A stretch of 64,000 nucleotides of DNA from positions 8,275-72,274 of IMG/VR virus record IMGVR_UViG_3300036466_000585. One strand, written 5' to 3'. The translations under genes and the position numbers were made by a program. Numbering within the stretch: the stretch's first letter is position 1; each line of letters begins with the position of its first letter. The notes beneath the pieces were generated by a model. The model was not told the DNA's origin. It ran no database searches and worked only from the letters and a program-made list of their open reading frames with translations. Below, one piece after another: positions 17,483 to 27,022 of the stretch. This DNA is from a virus.

Positions 17483-18157
17483 ATGGAGCAGGTCGAAGCG
17501 GCAGCCAATGCGGTAGTGGGACGAAAGCGCCGGGGTGGGCGTGGTGTCCCGTCTCGCCAGGAGCAGGTATTGCTGGCGTGCAAGGTGGGGGAGCGGCTGC
17601 GCGAAGCTCGTGAGATGCAGGGGTATTCGCAGGTCAAGGCCGCCCAGCTTCTGGGCTATGCCAACTCCACCAAGCTGGCCAAGATCGAGGGTGGTCGCGA
17701 CAGCTCGCAGATACCGCTGTGGGTAGTGAAGCGGGCTGCCCTGCTGTACGACGTGTCTATCGACTACCTGCTGGGCAACACGGAGAACATGGAGGTCGAC
17801 GAGCGGCGCTGCCACGCCGCCCGGGACACCATCATCCTGATGCGCGAGGAGTGGGAGCGGCACCGCTGGCGAGACATGTTGGTCACCCGCGAGGTGCAGG
17901 AGCGCGTCGAGGCCGTGGAGGAGTTGGCCATGCTCATGGCGCAGCAGCTTCAGGAAGCCCAAGACGCCCTGTCCCGCGTCGAGGAGCTGAACCCGCGTCG
18001 CTGGGAGAACGTGAAGGGCGGGGCCCGGCTGCAATCCGCCGTCGAGCGCGCTGCCGCCACCGGACGTACCGCCGAGTCGAAGCTGAAGCGCCTGCATCGC
18101 GAGGCCCGGGCCGCTGCCGGGGGTGTGCAACCCGAACTGGAGCTGGTGTACACCTGA
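17483..18157 (+). CDS. XRE-HTH regulator with coiled-coil C-terminus (candidate late activator)
   Basis: VGERLREAREMQGYSQVKAAQLLG...LAKIEGG...YDVSIDYLLG; TGATG coupling to terminase small subunit. Confidence 0.8.
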   Translation: MEQVEAAANAVVGRKRRGGRGVPSRQEQVLLACKVGERLREAREMQGYSQVKAAQLLGYANSTKLAKIEGGRDSSQIPLWVVKRAALLYDVSIDYLLGNTENMEVDERRCHAARDTIILMREEWERHRWRDMLVTREVQERVEAVEELAMLMAQQLQEAQDALSRVEELNPRRWENVKGGARLQSAVERAAATGRTAESKLKRLHREARAAAGGVQPELELVYT

Positions 18158-19158
18158 TGGCGAAGTTGACGGAGCAGCAGTGGCAGAAGGCGAGAGAAAC
18201 CTGGGAGGCGGATTCCCGCGACGGGTATGCCTGGCTGATTCGGGAACTGGGGCTCGACGTGTCGGGCCCTGCCGTGCGCAAGCGCGCCCTCAAGGAGGAG
18301 TGGAGCAAGGGCGGCGGCAAGGCGAAACCGGGCGGGAAACCGAAAACCCAGAAACCCAAGGCGAAAACCGGAAACCGGAAACCACGGCAGAAACCGGAAA
18401 CCCCCGTCGAGGAGCTGGAGGAGCTGCCGCCGGAGCTTGCAGACAAGGCGGAACCGCTGGAGGAGGCCGATTCCATCCCGTTCGATGAGGGGGAGGAGGG
18501 GCAGGGCGCACCACTTCACGGCTTGACCCTAACGCGCGTGACCACGATTTCGCTCGAGGACGACTTCGGCGACAGTCCGCTTCACGACATCTACGAGACC
18601 GACGCCCCGGGGCGCACCAAGTACCGCCGGCAGTACGCCCGGCTGGCCTACAAGCATGCCCTGCTGGGCGCGACGCCCGCCCACGTCGCCAGCCTGCTGG
18701 AGGTGACCGAGCAGACCGTCTACGACTGGATGAGCGCCCATTCCGAGTTCCGCGCCGCCATGGAGCAGGGGCGCATGGACGCCGACGCCAACGTGGCGCG
18801 CTCGCTGTACAAGAAGGCCACCGGCTACACGCATCAGGCGGTGAAGGTGTTCCAGTACCAGGGGCAGCCGGTCGTCGTGCCCTATACCGAGATCGTCCCG
18901 CCGGATACCGAGGCCGCGAAGTTCTGGCTCAAGAATCGCCAGCCCGAGATGTGGAAGGACAAGGTGGAGGTCGAGGAGAAGCCCAGCATCGCCCTGGTGG
19001 ATCGCGAGGCACGCCGGGAGCGCATCGAGGCCGCGCTGGAGAAGGCCGCGCAGGTCGAGCGCGAGATGCGCGACCGGGCCAACCGCCTGGGGCTGATCAT
19101 CGACGGCAGCACGGGCGAGGTCGACGATGGCGGCATAGGCGGGGTGGGCGATGGCTAG
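18157..19158 (+). CDS. terminase small subunit
   Basis: LLGAT...VTEQTVYDW...EF...DANVARSLYKKATGY...PPDTEAAKFWLKNRQPEMWKDK; precedes large subunit. Confidence 0.85.
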   Translation: MAKLTEQQWQKARETWEADSRDGYAWLIRELGLDVSGPAVRKRALKEEWSKGGGKAKPGGKPKTQKPKAKTGNRKPRQKPETPVEELEELPPELADKAEPLEEADSIPFDEGEEGQGAPLHGLTLTRVTTISLEDDFGDSPLHDIYETDAPGRTKYRRQYARLAYKHALLGATPAHVASLLEVTEQTVYDWMSAHSEFRAAMEQGRMDADANVARSLYKKATGYTHQAVKVFQYQGQPVVVPYTEIVPPDTEAAKFWLKNRQPEMWKDKVEVEEKPSIALVDREARRERIEAALEKAAQVEREMRDRANRLGLIIDGSTGEVDDGGIGGVGDG

Positions 19159-20674
19159 GAAGCGCACCCTGCTGCACGAGGATCCGCGCTGGGAGGAGTT
19201 CAGCGACGACTTCGCCGGCGACCTGGTGGGCTTCGCCATCGATGTCGTCGAGCTGCCGCCCACGCCTCAGCAGATCACGCTCTACAACAGCGTGGCGCCG
19301 TCGCGTTCCATGGTCTCGGTGGCGTCCGGCCACGGCACGGGCAAGACGACCGCATTGGCCACCATCGTGCTGTGGCACATGCTCTGCTATCCGCAGTCGA
19401 TCACCCTGCTGACCGCCAACGACATGGCGCAGCTCAAGGCCACGCTGTGGAAAGAGATTGGCATGGCCGTCGAGCGCATCCGCAAGGGGCCCTACGGCTG
19501 GATCGCCGACCATATCGAGATCCTGGCCAACGGCCAGATGCGCATCATCGGCTTTCCCGACACCTGGTTCGTCGAGTCCAAGACCGCCAACGAGAAGACC
19601 GCCAACAAGATGGCGGGGCGTCACGGCGAGTGGCTGATGATCATCGGTGACGAGGCGTCGACGCTCCCCGACGCGGTACTGACCACGCTGCGCGGCGCCC
19701 TGACCGAAGAACACAACCGCATGCTGCTGACCTCGCAGCCGACCCGCAACTCGGGGTTCTTCTACCGGACGCATCACGACCTGAGCAAGCTCAACGGCGG
19801 CGACTGGACGCCGCTGGTGTTCTCCTCGCTGGAGTCGCCGCTGGTCAGTGACCAGGCCCTCAAGGAGCTGTGGGACAGCTACGACGAGGACGAGCGGCGT
19901 GTGCGCCTGCTGGGCCAGTTCCCGCAGGAATCGGGCAAGCACATGATGAACCTGCCCGTGGCGGAGTCCATGTATCGCCGGGGCCGCATCATCGGCGACG
20001 ACGAGCCCTATGGCTGGGTGGTGCTGTCCGATATCGCCAGCGGCGAAGGCTTGCGCGACAAGTCGGCTATCGTCGTGGCTCGGATCATCGGTTATGGCGA
20101 ACGCGGCCCCGATGCGCGCCGCGTGGAGATTGTGACCGTGCCGGTGGTGACCAACAACGTGCGCGCCAACGTCTTCGCCGGCGCCGTAGCCGAGCAGGGC
20201 GACCCCTATGACGGCGTGACCTATGCCGTCGACTCCGGCGGGCTGGGCATCAACGTCTGCCAGGACCTGGAGGACATGGGCAAGCCGCTTCATCGCATCA
20301 ACTGGGGAAACCCGTGCTTCCAGAACAAGAACAAGGAGCGCTACCTTAACCTTCGCGCTCAGGCCATGCACCAGGCCGCGCGCGCCGCCAAGGAGGGGAG
20401 GCTGTCGATCCTGACCGGCGAGTACCGCAACGCCATGCTGTCGCAGTCGAGCCGCATCCCCAAGACCTTCACTGACAAGGGGCGCATCCGCGTGCCGCCC
20501 AAGCACAGCAAGGAGTGGGAGGGCATGGCGTCTCCCGACCTATGGGACGCCGTGTGCTTCGCCTTCATCGAGGGGCTGGTCTACACCGCCAGCCAGGAAG
20601 GGCCGGGCGAGGGCCGCACTCTGGGTGAATCACTGGAGAGTGAGGTCGAAGCGCTCTTTGGTGACGTGGTGTAA
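19151..20674 (+). CDS. terminase large subunit (P1 PacB-like)
   Basis: PTPQQ, VSVASGHGTGKT, IIGDEAS, LTSQPTRNSGFFY, nuclease SDIASG..RD, SPDLWDA. Confidence 0.92.
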   Translation: MARKRTLLHEDPRWEEFSDDFAGDLVGFAIDVVELPPTPQQITLYNSVAPSRSMVSVASGHGTGKTTALATIVLWHMLCYPQSITLLTANDMAQLKATLWKEIGMAVERIRKGPYGWIADHIEILANGQMRIIGFPDTWFVESKTANEKTANKMAGRHGEWLMIIGDEASTLPDAVLTTLRGALTEEHNRMLLTSQPTRNSGFFYRTHHDLSKLNGGDWTPLVFSSLESPLVSDQALKELWDSYDEDERRVRLLGQFPQESGKHMMNLPVAESMYRRGRIIGDDEPYGWVVLSDIASGEGLRDKSAIVVARIIGYGERGPDARRVEIVTVPVVTNNVRANVFAGAVAEQGDPYDGVTYAVDSGGLGINVCQDLEDMGKPLHRINWGNPCFQNKNKERYLNLRAQAMHQAARAAKEGRLSILTGEYRNAMLSQSSRIPKTFTDKGRIRVPPKHSKEWEGMASPDLWDAVCFAFIEGLVYTASQEGPGEGRTLGESLESEVEALFGDVV

Positions 20675-20714
20675 ACTGATCGCTCTCATCATCGCAACGC
20701 CACGGAGCCATGGA

Positions 20715-21167
20715 ATGACCCGAGTCCGCCACGCCATCGCCACTACCCTGGGCGCCGCCGCCCTGTTCGCCAGCACGGTCCACGCCGAGCCACTGGTGAC
20801 CCGCGACCAGGTGCGTGAAATCACGACCATGATGTACAACGCCTACCAGTATGGCGGGGCGGCGGAGATGTACCGGGCGGAGAGTCAGTGCTGGGAAGAC
20901 CTGACGGCTGCCACGGGCGATGCCGAGGTGATCGCGGCGGCTTGCGGCATTGCCAACGTGGCGGCAGCCACGATCGAGGCCGGGTATGCGCAACAGCAGG
21001 GCCGCCTACCGGTGCTTGAGTATCGCGCCGATGCCGCCATTACCCGCATCGAGGAGCGCATGGCTGAGAATCAATTCAGTCAGGCATCCATTGAGCGCAT
21101 GAAGTCCGAAACCCTGAACCCGCACTTGGGCAGCGTGCTGGCCGCACTGTCCCTGGCCGGAATGTGA
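20715..21167 (+). CDS. exported protein (signal peptide)
   Basis: MTRVRHAIATTLGAAALFASTVHA|EP signal peptide; two Cys. Confidence 0.7.
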   Translation: MTRVRHAIATTLGAAALFASTVHAEPLVTRDQVREITTMMYNAYQYGGAAEMYRAESQCWEDLTAATGDAEVIAAACGIANVAAATIEAGYAQQQGRLPVLEYRADAAITRIEERMAENQFSQASIERMKSETLNPHLGSVLAALSLAGM

Positions 21168-21178
21168 GGAGAAGTCCT

Positions 21179-21484
21179 ATGGAAGTGACGATCAAACTCG
21201 AGAGCATGCTGTTTCCCTATCGCGAGGCTATTGTTGAGTCTGCGTCGCGCGTATTGCCTGCCGGAAGCACATTGAGCGCCGAGGCGCTCGACAACGATGA
21301 CATGGGCGCCGGCCAAGGGGTGAGCATCCAAGTCATCGAGCGTGAGGATGAGCTGGATTACAGTCTTCGCGAAAAGCTGCTGGGCGCAATCAAGGAGCGC
21401 GCGGAGCTCGAGGTCTTTCGGGAGTGGTACAGGAGCTTCCCGTTGCGCGGCAGTGCGTCTCCATTTTCCATTTCATCCCAATAG
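21179..21484 (+). CDS. hypothetical protein
   Basis: GAGGAG RBS. Confidence 0.55.
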   Translation: MEVTIKLESMLFPYREAIVESASRVLPAGSTLSAEALDNDDMGAGQGVSIQVIEREDELDYSLREKLLGAIKERAELEVFREWYRSFPLRGSASPFSISSQ

Positions 21485-21500
21485 ATAGCGGGGGCTAAGC

Positions 21501-22175
21501 ATGCAGTGGTGGAAGTTCGCTTGCCCTCGATGCGAGGCTGGAGTTCTGGGTTACACCATCCGCGAACCAAAGGAGGGTGATGATCGTGAAGACGTCTGGA
21601 ACCATAACACTTTCCTGATTCATGGTGATGGTGCCGCGACAAAGGAATACGATATTGTCGCCTGCGCATCGTGCGGCGCTCAGCGCGTAGAGGTTGGCGA
21701 GCTATCCATGCGGCATGTTGAGCGTTGCGATGCCGAGCAGTCGCGGCAGCTGACAGAAAGAGTGGAAAAGTCCAATAGCGGAGAAGCGCTCGACCCTTTT
21801 CCGTCCAGCCATCAATTACATGGCTTCTGGGAGCTTTCCGAGCGTGAGCGCGAGGGACCAGTTTGGGCGCTAGGGTTCCAATCCCCCAACAGGCAGCCGG
21901 CCCGGAATGGATCTATAATCATGATTAGTAACATGAAAAAAATTGCTAGTAACGTGTACTTGGTGAGGACTCAGGCTGGGTTCAGAAAAGCTGTTCAGGA
22001 TTGCTTTTCTGATACATTTGAGGACTTGCCGTGGATGATGAGAAGTAGAATGGACGGGAACCCTGATAGTTATCCAGCCGTCGTGTCTCTAACGCTAGGC
22101 TACAAAGGAGATGTGTTCATTCAGTGCTCCAGCGTTCATGTTGAGGTAATGAAAGAGGCGTTAAGTAATGCTTAA
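21501..22175 (+). CDS. zinc-ribbon hypothetical protein (possibly two fused genes)
   Basis: CPRC and CASC; composition changes near 21910 with an internal MKKIASNVYLVRTQAGF. Confidence 0.5.
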   Translation: MQWWKFACPRCEAGVLGYTIREPKEGDDREDVWNHNTFLIHGDGAATKEYDIVACASCGAQRVEVGELSMRHVERCDAEQSRQLTERVEKSNSGEALDPFPSSHQLHGFWELSEREREGPVWALGFQSPNRQPARNGSIIMISNMKKIASNVYLVRTQAGFRKAVQDCFSDTFEDLPWMMRSRMDGNPDSYPAVVSLTLGYKGDVFIQCSSVHVEVMKEALSNA

Positions 22176-22410
22176 TGTAGCGCAGACAATAGCGCAGACA
22201 AAGAAGGCGCCGCCGGCGGTTATGTTCTACCCGGCTTGGGTGACGGGGGCGGATGTCGTCATGTCTACAGCGGGCCATTCCTCGCGCGAGGAGGCATTGA
22301 CTGCAGCCAAGGCTGATCCTCGTTGCGGAGAGGGGGTGACTCCCATTGCTATGCCGGGCCCTGGAGGAGGGGTGGTGGTGTTGGATAAAGCGGGTAGGGT
22401 AAAGGCATAA
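22168..22410 (+). CDS. hypothetical protein
   Basis: GAGG RBS; overlaps upstream stop. Confidence 0.5.
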   Translation: MLNVAQTIAQTKKAPPAVMFYPAWVTGADVVMSTAGHSSREEALTAAKADPRCGEGVTPIAMPGPGGGVVVLDKAGRVKA

Positions 22411-22476
22411 GGATAGCGTTAAGCTAGTTGACGAAAAAGGCTTTGGAGTCTTCGTCCTTAAAGCACAGGAGTATCC

Positions 22477-22842
22477 ATGGAAAGTCCCAATATATACCGA
22501 GACATGCTGAATAAAAGAGATGTGCAGGGATTAGCGAAGCGCTGCGGACTGAAGTCTTTTTTAATGGAAAGAGGCGACGCGCCCTTTGTTAGAGTTGAGT
22601 CGGGTCATGGGTCAGGCCCTCGGGGGAGCTATTACCATTACGCGCTTCTTTCTACCGACGGAAAGCTTGTAGCGCTAGGTGAGGAACAGGGTAATTATGC
22701 GGGCGGTGAGTATGCTTTCGCTCCCGGCGCTGAACCAAGAGGTTTTGCTTTCCCCCGTAGGATTGACCTTGCGGCGATAGAAGAGCTCCCCTCTGAGCTG
22801 TCTGGCTTTCTGAAGAGTATCGGGGCAACCAAGGGGCTTTAA
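22477..22842 (+). CDS. hypothetical protein, lower GC
   Basis: AGGAG RBS; upstream TTGACG-N17-TTAAAG sigma70-like element. Confidence 0.6.
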   Translation: MESPNIYRDMLNKRDVQGLAKRCGLKSFLMERGDAPFVRVESGHGSGPRGSYYHYALLSTDGKLVALGEEQGNYAGGEYAFAPGAEPRGFAFPRRIDLAAIEELPSELSGFLKSIGATKGL

Positions 22843-22847
22843 TACCA

Positions 22848-22888
22848 GGAAAACCCCGCACCAACCCCTGACATCCCTACCGCATCAT
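22848..22888 (+). promoter_or_regulatory. putative late promoter LP1
   Basis: GGAAAA-N29-CATCAT upstream of protease. Confidence 0.7.
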
Positions 22889-22895
22889 GCCCCTT

Positions 22896-23747
22896 GTGGA
22901 AACAACCGTGAGGGGCATGACCATGCAGCAACCTCCGCTGATCAAGTACAACCTGAAGGATCGTGGCCGCCAGCATCGCGGCGTGGAGCGTCACTTCGAC
23001 ATTCCGGCCATCGTGGCCAGCATCAACGGCCCGGCCACTCAGGAGCGCGTGCAGACGCGCGGCATGCTGGGCTACTTCGGCCACTGGCCGCGCGTGCGCT
23101 TCGGCATGGAGCCCGCCGAGGGAGGTGTGGCCGACGGCAAGGCGCACGCCATCGAGCCCGCCGTGGTCACCACCCACCTGAAGGCCTACGACGACGGCAC
23201 CATCGAGCACCAGACCGAGTTCCTCGATACCGCCACCGGCCAGCTGGCGTCGCGCATGTACGCCAACCGGGTGGGCGGCTTCTCGACCGCCATCGATCCG
23301 CGCAAGCCCGAGCTCTACGGCTTCGATTGGGTCAACGACCCGAACTACTCGACCAACCGCGGCTATGACCTGGTGCTGGACAGCGTGACCAGCGGCGAGA
23401 TGACCTTCGACGACGTGCTGTCCGCCGAGCATGCCGAGCAGGTCGACGCCATGAACCGGCTGTTCGAGATGATGGAGGCCAACCTGCGCCTGGCCATGGA
23501 TTCGGCGACCCGCTTCGAGCACGAGAACAGCGAGCTTCTCGACCTGCTGAGCAAGCGCGAGGAGCAGGCCAGCCAGGCCGCCCTGGTCACCGACAGCGCG
23601 GCCGCTGCCGACACCGCTCGCCAGCTGGACCGCGACCGCCGCTTCTTCATGGACTCCGCGCTGCCGCGCTTTCAGGATCCCGAGACCCGGGAGGAGCACG
23701 ACCGCGACTACCTGCGCCTGAAGCGTCGGATGTTCTTCCATGTTTGA
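22896..23747 (+). CDS. prohead-processing protease (P1 Pro-like); start 22896 or 22917
   Basis: GMLGYFGHWPR, DDGTIEHQTEFLDT..G, GGFSTA, GFDWVNDPNY resemble recalled P1 Pro motifs. Confidence 0.75.
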   Translation: METTVRGMTMQQPPLIKYNLKDRGRQHRGVERHFDIPAIVASINGPATQERVQTRGMLGYFGHWPRVRFGMEPAEGGVADGKAHAIEPAVVTTHLKAYDDGTIEHQTEFLDTATGQLASRMYANRVGGFSTAIDPRKPELYGFDWVNDPNYSTNRGYDLVLDSVTSGEMTFDDVLSAEHAEQVDAMNRLFEMMEANLRLAMDSATRFEHENSELLDLLSKREEQASQAALVTDSAAAADTARQLDRDRRFFMDSALPRFQDPETREEHDRDYLRLKRRMFFHV

Positions 23748-24465
23748 GCCCGTCAAGGTCGGTCTCGGCGAGTTCCTGCAGGACTTCTACGCCGAAGTGG
23801 TGCCCACCACCAAGCCCCTGCAGGAGTTCGTCGAGCGCGGCTTCCCGTACTGCGCGGCCTGGGCGCCGGCGCGCATGGTCGACAAGGCCGAGGAGATGCT
23901 GTCGCAGTGGCAGCGCAACGACACGCACCAGGCCGCGACCCGGCCGCCCAGCCTGCCGGTGATCCTGGTCGCCGTGGCCAAGGACTGGACGCCGACCGAG
24001 CGCAGCTTCACCACGCAGATCGCCGACCCGGTGGACATCACCTTCCCCGACGACCCCAAGCAACGCTACTTCCGGGTGCGCACTGTGGCCGGCGAGGTCC
24101 GCGCCCAGCTGGCGTTCTTCGCCAGCGACGAGCCCACGGCCAAGAGCCTGGCCGCCCAGTTCCTGCTGTACCTGGATTCGCCCAGCCGTCGCCGCTTCCT
24201 GGCCCGCTACCCGTTCGCCGGGCTCGAGCACGAGTACCCGGCTCAGGTGGAGGCCCCGGACAACCCGGCGATGAACGTCGAGACCGGCAACAAGAACCTG
24301 TCCGTGCTGGCCGTCGACCTGGTGCTCAAGGTCACGGTGCCGCTGTTCATGGCGCCCAAGGCCGGCGAGCCCAACGACGGCAAGGGCGTTCCCGGTACCG
24401 ACGACCCGGCCGGCTATCCGCTGGTGTCCGAGGTCGATCCCGAGGAGAGAGAGGTCGCCCCATGA
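23740..24465 (+). CDS. tail completion/terminator protein (P1 gp24-like)
   Basis: LPVILVA...QLAFFASDE...LAVDLVLKVTVPLF pattern; recalled similarity. Confidence 0.5.
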   Translation: MFEPVKVGLGEFLQDFYAEVVPTTKPLQEFVERGFPYCAAWAPARMVDKAEEMLSQWQRNDTHQAATRPPSLPVILVAVAKDWTPTERSFTTQIADPVDITFPDDPKQRYFRVRTVAGEVRAQLAFFASDEPTAKSLAAQFLLYLDSPSRRRFLARYPFAGLEHEYPAQVEAPDNPAMNVETGNKNLSVLAVDLVLKVTVPLFMAPKAGEPNDGKGVPGTDDPAGYPLVSEVDPEEREVAP

Positions 24466-24947
24466 TCCAGCTGCAGGCCAATATCAGCGGCTTCGCCGGC
24501 AGGCCCGCCACGGTGCTGGGCGCCCTCGACGAGGAGACCGGCATCCTGGTGGTGGCCGCCGTGACCGACATCATGCCTCGCCGCGACGGCTGCGTGGTGA
24601 TCGACACCAACACGCGGGCCGACCGCGATTCGCTGTTCGAGTACGGCGACCTGAAGGAGGCCATCACCGCCTATTACGACCTCAAGGGCACGGTGGCCGC
24701 CGACGGCCGTAGCGCCTGCCTGCGCTTCATGGAGCGCGCCATGCGCGCCGACCCGGCCGGCGGCATCGAGATGGACGGCGTGGACACGACGGGCCCCATC
24801 TACCGCATCTCGCCGGACGCCGGCAATGCACAGGTGGGCGCCCTGGCGCTGTGCCGCTACGCCAAGCACTACGGCGCGGTGGCCGACACCCTGGCCATGG
24901 CCGATGAGCTCTCCCGGCTGCTGGCCGGGCAGGCGGTGACCATATGA
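24462..24947 (+). CDS. hypothetical morphogenesis protein
   Basis: GAGG RBS, ATGA coupling on both sides. Confidence 0.65.
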   Translation: MIQLQANISGFAGRPATVLGALDEETGILVVAAVTDIMPRRDGCVVIDTNTRADRDSLFEYGDLKEAITAYYDLKGTVAADGRSACLRFMERAMRADPAGGIEMDGVDTTGPIYRISPDAGNAQVGALALCRYAKHYGAVADTLAMADELSRLLAGQAVTI

Positions 24948-25282
24948 GCGTCGACCGCAAGAGCCAGGCCGCGCGGGTGTTCTATCGCCTGGTGCGCGAC
25001 TTCTCGCAGTCGGTGAAGCCCTGGGAGCAGGCCATCTATCACGACGTGGCCCCGGACGAGCGCTGGGACATCACGCTCACCGCGCGCAAGGTCTACGGCG
25101 ACGCCGGCGAGTTCCTGGCCATCATGGCCGCCGCCGGCATGGAGACCGTCGACCAGCCCCTGGAGCAACAGCGCCTGGTGCTGCCCAGCGCCGACCGGCT
25201 GCGCGCCTTCAAGCGCCGTGCCGGCTTCGAGTCGCGTGCCGACTACCGCGACCGCGACGGACCGACGTGGAGGACTGATTGA
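24944..25282 (+). CDS. baseplate protein, LysM-like (P1 gp26-like)
   Basis: DVAPDERWDITLTARKVYG...IMAAAG...LVLP. Confidence 0.6.
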   Translation: MSVDRKSQAARVFYRLVRDFSQSVKPWEQAIYHDVAPDERWDITLTARKVYGDAGEFLAIMAAAGMETVDQPLEQQRLVLPSADRLRAFKRRAGFESRADYRDRDGPTWRTD

Positions 25283-26334
25283 TGGCCGGTGATCCGAGGG
25301 CGATATCCAGGCTCAGCGGCAGCGCCGCCGAGGCGCGCGCGCGCGCGAGCGAGGACAGGCAGCAGCGCCAGGCGGCGCCCAACATCCTCAACCCCAACGA
25401 GGTGCGCGGCGACTACGACGCCAGCCGCATGCTGATGACCACCCTGGGCGGCGAGGTGCGCCCCGTCACCGCCGACGACCTGGCCATGTTCCGCCACAAC
25501 GCGCGCACGGCCGGCCAGCGCTTCAAGGGGGGTATCACCGCGCGCCAGGTCATCGACCTGTCGCTGTCCGTCGATCGCGACCGCGCCCGGCGGCAGATCA
25601 CCATGGCGGTACCGTCGGCGGCCCGTGGCGTGCGCAGCAGCAACCGCCAGGTGTCCGCCCTGGAAGTGCGCTTCATCACCAATGCCGGCCCGGACAGCGA
25701 CGTCAGTCGCCACCACGTCACGGTGGAGTTCACCGGCTACCAGACGGCCATCGCCTCCGGAGCGGAGAGCGTGAAGCGTGCGGCCGCCCGCCTGCGCAAG
25801 GAGGGCATTCGCTTCGACTGCGACTGTGGGCGCCACCGCTACTGGTACCGCTACATCGCCACTATCGGCCGCTACAACGCCGGCCGTCCCGAGACCGGCT
25901 ACCCCAAGATCCGCAACCCCAAGCTCAACGGCGTGGCGTGCAAGCACGTGCTGCGCGTCATGTCGGAGATCGAGGGCGGCAGCGCCGTGCAGGCTTTCCT
26001 GGCCCGCGCCATCGAGAAGGGGCGGCAGACCGAGGACGGCAGCGGCCACATTCGTCAGCGGCAGAAGGAGGCCGAGAAGCTGGCCGACAAGCAGGCCAAA
26101 CGCCCACGGGGCGGGCCTTCCAATACCGGTGACCGCGACTTCGACCGCGCCCGGCGTGCCCTGCGTCGGCAGAGCCGGGCCACCACCACCAAGCCCAAGC
26201 GCACGGCCAATGGCAGCAAGCGAATGCAGGCCCTGGGCGCTTCACCGGCCGCCCGTGACAAGCTGATCGCCACCGCCCGCGAGCTGGGCCTGACGCCCGA
26301 GCAGGCCATCGCCATTCTTCAGGGAGGCAAGTAA
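25282..26334 (+). CDS. SWIM zinc-finger morphogenesis protein (P1 gp25-like)
   Basis: FDCDCGRHRYWYRYIAT...PKIRNPKLNGVACKHV. Confidence 0.75.
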   Translation: MAGDPRAISRLSGSAAEARARASEDRQQRQAAPNILNPNEVRGDYDASRMLMTTLGGEVRPVTADDLAMFRHNARTAGQRFKGGITARQVIDLSLSVDRDRARRQITMAVPSAARGVRSSNRQVSALEVRFITNAGPDSDVSRHHVTVEFTGYQTAIASGAESVKRAAARLRKEGIRFDCDCGRHRYWYRYIATIGRYNAGRPETGYPKIRNPKLNGVACKHVLRVMSEIEGGSAVQAFLARAIEKGRQTEDGSGHIRQRQKEAEKLADKQAKRPRGGPSNTGDRDFDRARRALRRQSRATTTKPKRTANGSKRMQALGASPAARDKLIATARELGLTPEQAIAILQGGK

Positions 26335-26862
26335 ATGCTCAACAACGTGCCGACCGGCATCAACGCCATGGCCCGCAACGTCATCATCAACCACCCCAAC
26401 GCCTACAACTGCGAGGTCTACCGGCGCCGCGTTGGTCGCACCAGCGCCGATGAGGTCGGCGGCGCGCCCACGCTTGGCGGCATGGCGGTCATGAGCTCCG
26501 AGGACGAGGACGATATCCGCTGGGAGCTGGTCGGCCTGGGCTTCGCGCTGCCGGCCGAGCAGTTCCAGCCGTCGCCGATGATGGACCGTCGCGACGCCAA
26601 CAACGGCTATGCCGACGAGCTGCGCTTCCTGATCGAGCCCGAGGAGATGGTCGGCGACCCCGGCGGCTTCGAGGTGCTGAAGCGCGACGTCATCTACCTG
26701 CTGCTGGGGGAGGGCGAGAACGCGCCCAAGGTGGCCTACGAGATCGTCGAGGTCGAGGCCGTGGTCAACGTGCCGCCCTTCGTGCCGCGCTACGTGGTCA
26801 ACCGCCGCGACGACCTGGACATCATCGACCCCTCCGCCCCCGAGGACGACACCATTGCCTGA
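26335..26862 (+). CDS. putative head-tail connector protein
   Basis: GGAGG RBS; structural operon context. Confidence 0.5.
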   Translation: MLNNVPTGINAMARNVIINHPNAYNCEVYRRRVGRTSADEVGGAPTLGGMAVMSSEDEDDIRWELVGLGFALPAEQFQPSPMMDRRDANNGYADELRFLIEPEEMVGDPGGFEVLKRDVIYLLLGEGENAPKVAYEIVEVEAVVNVPPFVPRYVVNRRDDLDIIDPSAPEDDTIA

Positions 26863-26886
26863 CTTCAGCTGCTGCTGTCGATCGTT

Positions 26887-26909
26887 GCCGGCCTAGCGCC
26901 GGCTTTTTT
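26887..26909 (+). terminator. rho-independent terminator
   Basis: GCCGGC-CTAGC-GCCGGC-TTTTTT. Confidence 0.8.
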
Positions 26910-26922
26910 GTGCCGCAAACCC

Positions 26923-26963
26923 GGAAAAACGCCCGAAACCGGCCGTCGCGGCACCTTCAGACT
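26923..26963 (+). promoter_or_regulatory. putative late promoter LP2
   Basis: GGAAAA-N29-CAGACT directly after a terminator, upstream of capsid gene. Confidence 0.7.
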
Positions 26964-27022
26964 CGAACCATCCGGCCACCTGGTCGGCCTTGCACTTCCC
27001 TGTGAGCAAAGGAGAGAGGGCT

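Noticed and set aside
17719-18156. Long N-terminal extensions in the ORF track (terS from 17719; also 13649, 23907, 51092, 5232-6554, 1849-2796)
   Set aside because: They overlap real upstream genes; true starts reassigned using RBS and stop/start coupling
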